Origin: a virus
IMG/VR virus record: IMGVR_UViG_3300012009_000091
Span: 103,070-167,069 of that record
Length of the DNA stretch: 64,000 nt
Strand: one strand, 5' to 3'
Part shown: positions 36,491 to 45,679 of the stretch, in pieces
How the letters are laid out: each line of letters begins with the position of its first letter
How positions within the stretch are numbered: the stretch's first letter is position 1
Program-made: the position numbers and the translations under genes
Notes under the pieces: generated by a model
The model's database searches: none
Seen by the model: only the letters and a program-made list of their open reading frames with translations
Told to the model about the DNA's origin: nothing

Positions 36491-36497
36491 CTTATAC
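36491..36497 (-). promoter_or_regulatory. GTATAAG phage promoter motif (one of at least 17 copies)
   Basis: recurrent motif, typically 22-37 nt upstream of start codons. Confidence 0.7.
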
Positions 36498-36517
36498 TTA
36501 TCAGAGTCTTTATGGAT

Positions 36518-36572
36518 ACTAAAAGTTCAGGGTGGAGGTTTACAGAAGTTCCCAGATGCCACCCTGAACTTT
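36518..36572 (-). terminator. intrinsic terminator
   Basis: AAAGTTCAGGGTGG/CCACCCTGAACTTT followed by TTAG on minus. Confidence 0.7.
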
Positions 36573-36574
36573 GA

Positions 36575-36781
36575 CTAACGGCGGTTTTTACGCCGCCGGC
36601 GTCGTCGTCGGGAATTGTTTTCGGAGTGCGCATCCTCCCGACTCAAACGCGCACCCTCTTCTCGAAGTGCTTGGCGCTCCTCTGCCCAGAGGTCGCGCGC
36701 CGGTCCCCGCCGGACCGCGTCGATCACGGCAGGGGCGGCGTGCTTCGCCAGGGCGAGAAGCGCCTTCTTCTTTAGAGACAT
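36575..36781 (-). CDS. small basic protein with Arg tail
   Basis: GTATAAG at 36811, RBS AAGGAGG, own terminator. Confidence 0.7.
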   Translation of the reverse strand: MSLKKKALLALAKHAAPAVIDAVRRGPARDLWAEERQALREEGARLSREDAHSENNSRRRRRRRKNRR

Positions 36782-36811
36782 TTAACCTCCTTGGGTTGTC
36801 TCGTTAGATAC

Positions 36812-37519
36812 TTATACGTTTTGCCAACGAACGCCGGCAACTTGATGATCGTTTACATGTTGTGCCTTGAGTTCACATTGTACGCCGTAGAACGTTGCAG
36901 GACATTGATGGATAGAGGGGTCAAAACACGCCCGGCAGCGAGGCTCATAGATGTCCTCGGCACCCGGAAGAATCCGTTCGGAGGAGATTATCGTGCGGTG
37001 ATTGTAGATCGCTTGTTTTCCGCAGACACAGCACTGTGCGTACTTCATGAAGATTGTGTCTGCTACAGCCATCAATCGTAGAATAGGAAAGAAAGGCTGT
37101 CCTATGTAATCGGACATAAGTCCGACAACATAGACGTTGATACCAAGATGGTTCACTAGTGACATACAGACGTTCACTAGATCTTTGGGGAACATGTGCG
37201 CTTCTTCAATAGCGATGGTATTCACGGAAATGGCTCGTTCCATCTCCATGACGCATTTTGGTATTTGGAGTGGGTGTTCGAGTGGGATAGCTTTCCGAAC
37301 ACGTCCGTTGTGTGTTCGGATGACGTCTTGTCCGTCTCTAACATCCTTCTGGGGCTTGAAGATGGGTATGGCTCTATCTTCGAGGCTGTCGAACAGTAAT
37401 TCGGTTTTCCCTCCCCACATGGTGCCTGTGATTACGGTAAGTATTCCTGGAGTCCGCGTAGACGGTTCATCCATGTTGGATGAATCATTGGACTTTCCAT
37501 TTCCTCGCTCTCGGTCCAT
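36812..37519 (-). CDS. tdk: thymidine kinase (type II)
   Basis: GTMWGGKT, IEEAHMF, GL.SDY.GQPF, CCVCG, YEPRCRAC. Confidence 0.92.
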   Translation of the reverse strand: MDRERGNGKSNDSSNMDEPSTRTPGILTVITGTMWGGKTELLFDSLEDRAIPIFKPQKDVRDGQDVIRTHNGRVRKAIPLEHPLQIPKCVMEMERAISVNTIAIEEAHMFPKDLVNVCMSLVNHLGINVYVVGLMSDYIGQPFFPILRLMAVADTIFMKYAQCCVCGKQAIYNHRTIISSERILPGAEDIYEPRCRACFDPSIHQCPATFYGVQCELKAQHVNDHQVAGVRWQNV

Positions 37520-37791
37520 TGTACCTCCGTCTCATTATAACTGATTATGGGATAATTCTCCTTGTCGGGCGTGGCTAGAAAGTACAATAGCCTCTGATTA
37601 CACTCATCAAGTTTTCTGAGGAGAAATTCGCGCTGCTCCCTAAAATCAGCGCGATCTTCCGCATAGCGTTCTTCTAGCCTTTTGTAGTAGACGGTGGCGC
37701 CTCCCCAAACAGCACTTGCAACGACGCCTACAATTCCAAGTACAATGAGACTCTGCTTTCGGGTAACGCTCACAGGTTTTGGTGCTGTCAT
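37432..37791 (-). CDS. membrane protein
   Basis: one TM helix then coiled coil; RBS AGGAG. Confidence 0.55.
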   Translation of the reverse strand: MTAPKPVSVTRKQSLIVLGIVGVVASAVWGGATVYYKRLEERYAEDRADFREQREFLLRKLDECNQRLLYFLATPDKENYPIISYNETEVQWTESEEMESPMIHPTWMNRLRGLQEYLP

Positions 37792-37826
37792 GGGGAGGCT
37801 CCTAGATTTTTGGGAAAGTCGGCTGA

Positions 37827-38615
37827 TTAGTTTTGGAGCGAAGTGGCGAGATTTGGTGGCCCGTTCTGATTCATCAGTTTCTCGATAGCTCCCTCCACAT
37901 ATGCATTTACAGCGCGCGGAAGGAGACCCCCGTCAATGACCTCCACATTCCCTCCTTGATTCTGGAGAGTGGTTGCGAGCTGTCTGTACACGTCCTCAAC
38001 TTCTGTGAGGAACTCGATGTTCTCGTACTTCTCGAACTTCTCTCCCCCTCGTGCATCAATTCGATCCATCGCTACTTTCGGTTCCATCGCCAAGAAGATG
38101 GTGAGATCGGGGAAGGGCGCAAATTGATTGAGTTGGTAAATCCAGTCAATGTTCAACCCGGCAGCTGCATCATAGGCTAAACCGCTCATCACGTAGCGGT
38201 CACAGACCACAGACTTTCCGCTGGTCAAGATCGGGTTGATCTCAGTGAGATAATGATGCAGTCGGTCTGCAGCGAAGAGGAGTGCAAAGATTCGGTTGTC
38301 GGGAGCTTCTTCTTCTCCCATGAGCACCTGCTGAATTATCGACCCTACAGGTCCGTCGGTCGGTTCGGATGTGAAGTGTGTTTCATGGTATCGATCTGAC
38401 ATGAACGCCGATGCATGAACTGCTTGAGTGGTCGTACCAGCCCCGTCGATCCCTTCGACGGCAATCAACTTTCCCCTCGGTGGGGCGTTCGGATCTTTCT
38501 TTTTCTCGATCCTTAACTGGCCAGAGGATTCCATTTTGAGAATGACAGTTCCCTCGGGAGTATCAATTTCGACAAACGGTGTCTCAGTGTCGATTCCTTC
38601 GCCTCTAATTTTCAT
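37827..38615 (-). CDS. tmk: thymidylate kinase
   Basis: EGIDGAGTTTQ, EP, LLFAADR..H, CDRY..S..AY, PDLTIFL; RBS AGGAGG before ATG 38615. Confidence 0.92.
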   Translation of the reverse strand: MKIRGEGIDTETPFVEIDTPEGTVILKMESSGQLRIEKKKDPNAPPRGKLIAVEGIDGAGTTTQAVHASAFMSDRYHETHFTSEPTDGPVGSIIQQVLMGEEEAPDNRIFALLFAADRLHHYLTEINPILTSGKSVVCDRYVMSGLAYDAAAGLNIDWIYQLNQFAPFPDLTIFLAMEPKVAMDRIDARGGEKFEKYENIEFLTEVEDVYRQLATTLQNQGGNVEVIDGGLLPRAVNAYVEGAIEKLMNQNGPPNLATSLQN

Positions 38616-38625
38616 GTAGGTCCTC

Positions 38626-38895
38626 CTAGAATGGAAGTAAAGAGATGTAGTCCATCTCATCGCATGTATGGATCGGCAGATCCTCATAGCCCAGAGGACA
38701 ATAACCGATCCGAAGATAGACAAACTCCCCGAGAATGTTCCAGATCAACATAGCCCAGTGACGGTACGTCTCGGCTGTGTTGCTAATCCATAATCGGTCG
38801 TCTGTCTGGTCGACGCAATAGCCTGCTTCTCGAAGTCCGTGCGCTACGGTGTCTAGACGATCTGGAGCACACGGTAGCTCAACGAGAACGTTCAT
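38626..38895 (-). CDS. hypothetical protein
   Basis: ATGA-coupled 89-aa ORF. Confidence 0.55.
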   Translation of the reverse strand: MNVLVELPCAPDRLDTVAHGLREAGYCVDQTDDRLWISNTAETYRHWAMLIWNILGEFVYLRIGYCPLGYEDLPIHTCDEMDYISLLPF

Positions 38896-39497
38896 ATTTC
38901 GAGTCCATAGAGGTGGTAAATGTGAAAGATTGCCCCCGCTGGGGCGTGTAAAAAAGCGACTCGATCGTTGAGAAAATTACACGGGTAGTCAGTCTGCTCT
39001 TCGTTGTTTTGAATCACCAGTCGATCGGAGCTCATGATCATGTACGTGAGGGAGTCATACTCCACACCAGGTGGGAGTGTTTTTCGATCACGTAACCCGA
39101 GATCTCGATCTCGAGGTAGGAGTCCGCACAACCAGCGGTCGGTATCACGGGTAGGTTCCTGGACCAGTTGAATCTGATACACCAGCATCATCTGGGTATA
39201 GCCGAGTCGGGGTCGTCCGGTAAACCACAGACTGTGGTCGGCGTCCTCGCGAGCGCCAAAAATGATGTAATCTGATTGTGGATCCCAGATACATTTTTTT
39301 GCGTTGGCTGTCTCTCGAGTCCAGTCCGAGAACTTATTCGGGTTGAGAAGGAGGGGTTGTCCGATTTGATCGTAAATCACATTGGCCTTGGCCCACTGTT
39401 TCGGCACCAAGAGCTGTAGATCGCGGTGAACCGTCAATGTTCCTGCTGTCGATTGTGGTGGACTGATATAGGCTCGACGTTTGTCTAACAGGTGCAT
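38892..39497 (-). CDS. hypothetical protein
   Basis: 201-aa ORF in operon. Confidence 0.6.
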   Translation of the reverse strand: MHLLDKRRAYISPPQSTAGTLTVHRDLQLLVPKQWAKANVIYDQIGQPLLLNPNKFSDWTRETANAKKCIWDPQSDYIIFGAREDADHSLWFTGRPRLGYTQMMLVYQIQLVQEPTRDTDRWLCGLLPRDRDLGLRDRKTLPPGVEYDSLTYMIMSSDRLVIQNNEEQTDYPCNFLNDRVAFLHAPAGAIFHIYHLYGLEI

Positions 39498-39500
39498 GGC

Positions 39501-40055
39501 TTATACCGCAGATAACCAACAACGAGAATCGCTACTGACACCGACTTGTAGATCGTCATAGCCGCCGTCCGCTTTCCCTACAAGTGCAAGATGGAAATCT
39601 GCGGCCATATCGCTTAGCAAGATCGCCGCACTTCGGGAATGCGTAGTCTGTGCAGTAGAGGCAGCGACTGTATCCGTTAGGTCTGTGTAGTCTGCAGATA
39701 CAACGTTCCCTTCTCCGACCTGTTTGGTGTCAGGAACGACCATCCACTTGGACAGACCCGTACCTCCGTTTCCGTTGTCGATCCCTTGGGAACGCCATTC
39801 GAGGAACAGCTCCCATGAGTAAGGAGTTGTGATCCATGTTGGCAGAACGATGGCAATCTCTTTCTGGACGAGGAGTTCGGCAGACCCAACGGTTGCACCA
39901 GGAGTCCAGATCGTTGTAGGGTCCGCGGTCATACATCCAAGTGTATTGCCAGGCCAGAGATATCGAGGAGCTCCAAACACAATAGTGTCTCCCTCAACGG
40001 CGGAGACACCATTAACCGTGAGCCGTGTCCCGATACCGTTGATGATGATGTTCAT
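39501..40055 (-). CDS. putative virion protein
   Basis: G/T/V-rich beta-type composition. Confidence 0.55.
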   Translation of the reverse strand: MNIIINGIGTRLTVNGVSAVEGDTIVFGAPRYLWPGNTLGCMTADPTTIWTPGATVGSAELLVQKEIAIVLPTWITTPYSWELFLEWRSQGIDNGNGGTGLSKWMVVPDTKQVGEGNVVSADYTDLTDTVAASTAQTTHSRSAAILLSDMAADFHLALVGKADGGYDDLQVGVSSDSRCWLSAV

Positions 40056-40498
40056 TAGATCAGCTCAGAGTTGTAGGCCCATTTGCGGTAGACCAAATAA
40101 ACATCGAAGTCTATTAATGTCCCCGAAGACCCGTCAAGGTGCATATTGATCTCTTCTCCGTTGGCGATCACCGTACCGACCGTTCCCCCATCAGCGGCGA
40201 TTTGTTTGCCCAGTGCATCGATCCGTTCTCGATCCCCTTCAGTCGAGTCAATGATGAGCTGATTATCACTGTTCCCGCCTTTGATGGCAATCGAACTCAG
40301 ATCCACCGTTGTGGCTCCTCGAGATCGAACGACAGTCCCTAGAAGACTGATATCTCCACTGGCTGTTGCCAGAAGTACCGGCGTGGCGGTGTTGTTGGCA
40401 ACATTCACCCTTACCGGTCCAAAAACTTGTACTGCTCCCGGCATGGTCGCAAGAAATGGTCCGTTGTACATAACGCCCTCCGTTGAAGTCCATCTCAT
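40055..40498 (-). CDS. putative virion protein
   Basis: G/T/V-rich; RBS GAGG; TAATG coupling. Confidence 0.55.
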   Translation of the reverse strand: MRWTSTEGVMYNGPFLATMPGAVQVFGPVRVNVANNTATPVLLATASGDISLLGTVVRSRGATTVDLSSIAIKGGNSDNQLIIDSTEGDRERIDALGKQIAADGGTVGTVIANGEEINMHLDGSSGTLIDFDVYLVYRKWAYNSELI

Positions 40499-40578
40499 AG
40501 TACCGCCTCTCGGGTACCCGAAGCAACCGGATCCAACACCCTCTTCACAGCGCCTGCTCTCTATATCTTCCCGTGTGT

Positions 40579-40778
40579 TTCTATACCTGTCTATACCTGT
40601 CTATACACACGTATTTTCCTTTAGTTTTCTTTCTGCCCTAAGCGAGATAGACACGGGAGCCTGAAGCTCCCGTGTCCATTGTCTCGCGATTGGGCAGATT
40701 ATCTTCTATTTCTTTCTTTATTTATTATATATAGTTGTCTGTCTAGACCTGTCTAGGCCTGTCTATACCTGTCTATAG
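40579..40778. repeat. 10-bp iteron-like repeats flanking a long hairpin and an AT-rich tract
   Basis: CTATACCTGT x2+ at 40581-40606; GTCTA(G/T)(A/G)CCT x3+ at 40741-40777; hairpin 40632-40698. Confidence 0.75.
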
Positions 40779-40920
40779 GGAGTGGATTCATATGAGCTAA
40801 GTTGTATTGATCGCATTGCGATCTAGATCATCTCGACTTGTCTTCTGAATCAACTTTGATTATGGTACGCGTTCTATGCTTCGTGGTATAAGTCGCTGCA
40901 TTCAAAACCATGGAGGTTAT

Positions 40921-41637
40921 ATGAACAAGAGAGGTATTCTGATGGACCGGAACGATCAACCATCGACATTCTGGTTCTATCTATTGATCGTGCTGATTTT
41001 TCTCGTGGTACTTCTAGCCGCCAAGTCTGTAAGGTCAGAGACATATGCACCATTCTGTCCTGAGATCTACCTGGAGTGTCCTGATCGAGATTTCTCTCAG
41101 TCCCGGAATCTCTGGCATCTCCTTGAGGAGAGCGGAGCAGAAAATTGGGAGATCGCAGGTCTTCGAGCCATTACCAACAATCTTGATTCCAAAGATCCGT
41201 TAGATGTGGTCCGTACAGATTGCGGCTCTTCTGGTTGGGCACACAGACGACCAAATGACGGGTGTGATGGATTCAGTATGGGGATTTGTTCCGAACACGA
41301 ATGCCCATATCACGATCAGGAGTGGAGGGACTGGGTTCTAGCTCTATTGATGTGGGACATGGAACAAAATCAGAGCCAGCTTCAGCTACATAAGTGGCGG
41401 CAGATCATGGATCTTGCTATCAATCGAGCCCCTCGTCGATGTCGACATAGAACTCGATGTATGATCTCTCTGGTAGCAATTGCTAATTCAATCCCCAGCC
41501 ATGCGGCTGGAATTGGTTGGCAGACCGAGTGGGATCCAGAAGCTATGATGAATGAATACGTTCAACGTCGTCCAACTCGACATCGACAACGTCGAGTGAG
41601 TAGAGTAAGAGAACAGTGGGCTCTACAAGAGGATTGA
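40921..41637 (+). CDS. membrane-anchored or secreted protein
   Basis: GTATAAG at 40886, RBS GGAGG, N-terminal TM helix. Confidence 0.65.
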   Translation: MNKRGILMDRNDQPSTFWFYLLIVLIFLVVLLAAKSVRSETYAPFCPEIYLECPDRDFSQSRNLWHLLEESGAENWEIAGLRAITNNLDSKDPLDVVRTDCGSSGWAHRRPNDGCDGFSMGICSEHECPYHDQEWRDWVLALLMWDMEQNQSQLQLHKWRQIMDLAINRAPRRCRHRTRCMISLVAIANSIPSHAAGIGWQTEWDPEAMMNEYVQRRPTRHRQRRVSRVREQWALQED

Positions 41638-41638
41638 A

Positions 41639-42127
41639 ATGACAACAGGACCATCGACACATGACAACATCATTCCACGAGGTGCTTTTGGGCGTATTCC
41701 CTGGACAGGGAAGGCCATGCTTCATCGTCAGTGGAATCCGATCAGAACGGTGGTCTCTGGTAATGAGGATCCTACCCCAATCAAAGTCCTTGCGGACAAT
41801 GGAGGGTGGGATCCTCTTCCAGATTCACTCAGCATGATCAAAGCCGCTAGCGAAGTCGAGATTATTGTTAGCCACCGAAATCTTGGTCTGAATGGATTGA
41901 TTCCGGGATCTCCTAGTTGGAAAGGATTGCTTTGGATTTTTGGCGGAGAACCGGAGCGACATGGTTCAGATCAACGGATGTGGACTAAAGCAAACTGTCC
42001 TATTTGGGAGAGGACTGGAGGCGAAACTTTCGCGGAACGTTTTGACGTGGCTGCATACTCCTACATCATGTTTCAGATCTACGAGGTCAGTATAGGTGAG
42101 GTAGAACTTCTCGTTCGTCCGACCTAA
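41639..42127 (+). CDS. putative virion protein
   Basis: distant similarity to the next gene (W.G.LW..G, C.., F.I). Confidence 0.55.
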   Translation: MTTGPSTHDNIIPRGAFGRIPWTGKAMLHRQWNPIRTVVSGNEDPTPIKVLADNGGWDPLPDSLSMIKAASEVEIIVSHRNLGLNGLIPGSPSWKGLLWIFGGEPERHGSDQRMWTKANCPIWERTGGETFAERFDVAAYSYIMFQIYEVSIGEVELLVRPT

Positions 42128-42189
42128 AATAGGTCGGCTAATTGACCGGTTCTTTTAGAACATAGTATTTTAGTCCTGAGGAGGACGAC

Positions 42190-42675
42190 ATGGCCTTTAT
42201 CGATACCGGATTGACGCATCCAGATCAGTTGATGAAAGGGTCTGCACATGACCCTCGTCGGGTCTCTATATATAATCGGTGGGTGGAGTGGCCTGCATGG
42301 AGAAACAACAGTGGAGCTGATGTGTATCCACATACATTGGCATATCCCGCTGATTATCCCCCTGATGGCACTTCTTGGGATGGTCGAATCGTCGACATTC
42401 GGGGGTGTGACCATTTGGTCATCGCGGTAACTGGAGAAGTACTAAACGCTTCCGGGATAATCACGAATGTAACAGCTTGGGAGGGAGAGCTGTGGGTAAT
42501 GGCAGGGCCTCCTGATGTAGCTCAGTGGTGTCTAGTACCTGGATCTGAAACGGGAGCAATGGCGGGTAAGACCTACTACAAGGTCACTGAAGTTCCCGGC
42601 GCTTGGTTTGCGATGTTTCGGATTTCTTCTAGAACAGGCACTGGGGTCATGAAAATTGGACTGCGTCAACTGTAA
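42190..42675 (+). CDS. putative virion protein
   Basis: RBS GAGGAGG; sigma70-like promoter upstream. Confidence 0.65.
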   Translation: MAFIDTGLTHPDQLMKGSAHDPRRVSIYNRWVEWPAWRNNSGADVYPHTLAYPADYPPDGTSWDGRIVDIRGCDHLVIAVTGEVLNASGIITNVTAWEGELWVMAGPPDVAQWCLVPGSETGAMAGKTYYKVTEVPGAWFAMFRISSRTGTGVMKIGLRQL

Positions 42676-43017
42676 TGCCGATCTGGGGTGGAATATGTGG
42701 TCAGTGCGCTACTGGAGGGAGCGTTGGAATTGTCTTCCTCAAGTACAGCGCTTTAGTGACCGCTAACATTCCCGCGGGGACCAACGTGACGGGTGCTGGA
42801 GTAGCACCCAATTTGGATGTGCAGCTGGGAAACTACCTCTCAGTTGACTTTGAGGATGACGTCAACGTGTATTTGAATGGGCAGCTGCTTGAAAATGGGC
42901 CTAACGCAGGCACGCCTGATGAATGTTTATCCCGGAGACAGTCCCGCTAACGGTGACCTGAAATTCGAGTACAGGCTCAAGCAGAATGACGTCATCACGA
43001 TGATCATCTGGAGCTAG
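42675..43017 (+). CDS. putative virion protein, frameshifted near 42921
   Basis: ...VYLNGQLLENG.. continues in the +1 frame as NVYPGDSPANGDLKFEYRLKQNDVITMIIWS*. Confidence 0.55.
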
Positions 43018-43035
43018 AGCTCATAGAGGAGGACC

Positions 43036-43671
43036 ATGGGAACGGAAAAGTCACTAGTACGGATGTCCGTCTTGAAAGAAGATCTTGAGAGGCTGACAGA
43101 CGGCAGACAAGCGGCTATCACGGAACGTTGGAAGATGGAGGGAGGGGCCAGTGCATGTGATTCCTTCATCGCCAATATCCAAGGGTTGCAGATGAGGGCC
43201 CAGAAGCAAGCTGAATCGGAAGGCTGGAGTTTGGAGCGTTTGTCATTCGTCAAGCGTTATCTTCAGATGGCCATTGAGGTTTCTCAAGAGATGAAGCGCG
43301 CGTCTATGATTCGATACAATCAGTATCAGGGTCAAGTACAGGCGTATGAATCATTGATTCACGATACTCGGTCGAAGTTCGAGTTCGAGGATGCGAAAAC
43401 TCGAGGAGAAGTGCAAGCTGATGGTGACCGGCAAGTAGGAGAACATCCTGGACCTACATTGGCTCAGCAGCGACGAGCAGAAGCTGAGGCGTTGGAAGAG
43501 CCGGAGAAGCCGATAGAGACTGACCCTTCGGATTTGACGTGTGTCTGCGGCAAAGTGTGTAAGTCGATCGGCGGGTTGAAGCGGCATCAACGGGCGTGTA
43601 GTATGGTTGTTCAGGAGAAGTCGGAGAGCCACGATGCCGAGGACACCAGACAGATGTCCGGGAGCGAGTGA
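43036..43671 (+). CDS. coiled-coil protein with C-terminal Zn finger
   Basis: CVCGKVCKSIGGLKRHQRAC; RBS GAGGAGG. Confidence 0.7.
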   Translation: MGTEKSLVRMSVLKEDLERLTDGRQAAITERWKMEGGASACDSFIANIQGLQMRAQKQAESEGWSLERLSFVKRYLQMAIEVSQEMKRASMIRYNQYQGQVQAYESLIHDTRSKFEFEDAKTRGEVQADGDRQVGEHPGPTLAQQRRAEAEALEEPEKPIETDPSDLTCVCGKVCKSIGGLKRHQRACSMVVQEKSESHDAEDTRQMSGSE

Positions 43672-44128
43672 CGAAGAGGGCATCTTCTTTGAAGTCGCAT
43701 CCAGTCCTACCCAAAATGGAGAGCTCCGGTATACCGGTACCGGTCTTTTCTTTCGTCATGATGACACAAACTACGATCTTCTAATCGATGAGACGGGACT
43801 GTCTGAGTCCCAACATGCTCTCCTCCGCCAGTTGATTCATTTTCTCGATAGTGGACCTGGTGATGGGTTCGCCTCTGGTCATGAGGAAGTCTATGCGTAT
43901 GACGGCATCAAGCTGACGTCTGCGATTTGGTACACGGACAATACACACTCGACTAAGTTGTATGAGCTGGTCTATACCTACAGTGGAATCTTGGTAGCCA
44001 CTGAGACGGCCAAGATGTATGATAGTGATGGGTCGACGGTATTGGCTCAAGCAGTCGATACCTATTCGTACTCGGGAGTTTTCCCGACAAAACGTGTGCG
44101 TGTAATTACGGTTCGATCTCGGATATGA
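43634..44128 (+). CDS. putative virion or tail protein
   Basis: MPRTPDR start; repeated Y.YSG beta motifs. Confidence 0.6.
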   Translation: MPRTPDRCPGASDEEGIFFEVASSPTQNGELRYTGTGLFFRHDDTNYDLLIDETGLSESQHALLRQLIHFLDSGPGDGFASGHEEVYAYDGIKLTSAIWYTDNTHSTKLYELVYTYSGILVATETAKMYDSDGSTVLAQAVDTYSYSGVFPTKRVRVITVRSRI

Positions 44129-44164
44129 AGATGCTCGCCCATATTTCGGCGAAGAGGTGATCTA

Positions 44165-44575
44165 GTGGCGATTCGGGTTAATGGGCAGAAAGTAGCCGGT
44201 ACGCTAGGGATCATCATCAACGGTGTCGAACTGTCGGTTGAGGCAGGATCTGGAGCAGCATTTTACAGTGTGCTAGCAGATCCGCCTGACATTACTCCGG
44301 GAGAGCCGGACACTCTCCGAGAAGCATTCTCCGCGGTATTACCGCAGCGGTCGGTTGATGATTTGCCTGACGCACTGTCTAAGACAGTGCGTACAGTATT
44401 CTTATCGACTGGGATGGATGTACACGCGGTCGATAGTCCGCTGTCCGATAGTCCGATGCCGACTGTCGAAACGTTGACTTTTCTGTTGCCGAGTAACACG
44501 GTGTATTATCTAGATGATTCTCCCATAGAGACGGTGGATAGTCTAGCGGCTAGCTTGCCGACGCCGTTTGTGTGA
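44165..44575 (+). CDS. putative virion protein
   Basis: GTG start with RBS GAGGTG. Confidence 0.55.
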   Translation: MAIRVNGQKVAGTLGIIINGVELSVEAGSGAAFYSVLADPPDITPGEPDTLREAFSAVLPQRSVDDLPDALSKTVRTVFLSTGMDVHAVDSPLSDSPMPTVETLTFLLPSNTVYYLDDSPIETVDSLAASLPTPFV

Positions 44576-44582
44576 GTTTGAT

Positions 44583-45671
44583 ATGACTGCTTTTACGCCT
44601 CAAGTAGGGCGCATCTTTATTGATCCCAGTTTGTATCCTTCTGGGACCAATAATCAGGCCCTCTATCAGATCCCCAAATTAGAGGATATTGCAGACGTAT
44701 TGGTCACTCTTTCGGCTGGGTGGGCTGAACCGTGGACTCGTGTCTATACGGGTGGCGGTTACTACACACACCAGAAACATACTGTTTTAGAGAGAGCAAA
44801 CGGAAGCAATAAATCTCAGATTATCCTTGCTTATGCGACATCAACTTCCTACATCAGGAGTCCCAATCAAGTAGAAGTGTGGCCGTCGAGTTATGGTTTT
44901 TGGTTGGCTTACAAATCTTCTTTATCTGGGGCGAACATTGACTACGCTGCGTTGGATCCGGAGTATGATGACAGTTTCATCTCGAGCGGAAATGCATTTC
45001 GATTTGCTCACGCGATGGATTCGTCGGTGGAGCATTTCTATAATCAGGAGTGGTATTTCGTTTGGTTAGCCGAAGAGTCTAGTCGGCGTGTAGTATTGAT
45101 CTGCGAACGACCACTTCATTCGATTGGGTCCATTTTGATCATGGGAGAGGATGTGATTAGCGACCCATACAATGTGGGGACAGGTAAGTGGCGGGGTGAT
45201 GGTGATATTTCTCATCCGGAACCAGATGTATATCCAGAGCTCTTTTTGGGGTATTCTCGTGGTGCTGAAGGAAATTGGTATCCACTTGCGTCACGCGTTA
45301 ATACCCTCCAGTGGTACGGTACTGATCATGAGGTGAACTGGAGAGGAACCTCGTCTGGAGGTATTACTGTGCGTGAAGACCTATTGGGACCGAGTCCGTC
45401 TTCAGCACCTCCATATCACCGAGAAGCTATGATGATCTACGACAACCCGGAACGTAGACATGGGACTGTGTGGTCTGGATATGATGCGAGTGCTCCAGAT
45501 ACACCCGTGTCTGGAAATACTCTCAAAGGCTTGGTCGATCCCGATTTTGTCTCACTTGCCGCTCGAAGTGCATTTAGCACCTATGAGCTCTTGAATGGGG
45601 GAGACTTTTTGCATATCAAAGACGGGTTGTGTGTTGGGTGGGATCCTGCTCTCGGCTCAATGCCCACATAG
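44583..45671 (+). CDS. putative tail or receptor-binding paralog 1
   Basis: shares F.P.V..I.ID, L..IAD.LV, WTRV, WLA, KG..D.D, LH..DG..VGWD...G..PT with the next two genes. Confidence 0.7.
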   Translation: MTAFTPQVGRIFIDPSLYPSGTNNQALYQIPKLEDIADVLVTLSAGWAEPWTRVYTGGGYYTHQKHTVLERANGSNKSQIILAYATSTSYIRSPNQVEVWPSSYGFWLAYKSSLSGANIDYAALDPEYDDSFISSGNAFRFAHAMDSSVEHFYNQEWYFVWLAEESSRRVVLICERPLHSIGSILIMGEDVISDPYNVGTGKWRGDGDISHPEPDVYPELFLGYSRGAEGNWYPLASRVNTLQWYGTDHEVNWRGTSSGGITVREDLLGPSPSSAPPYHREAMMIYDNPERRHGTVWSGYDASAPDTPVSGNTLKGLVDPDFVSLAARSAFSTYELLNGGDFLHIKDGLCVGWDPALGSMPT

Positions 45672-45679
45672 GAGATGAG

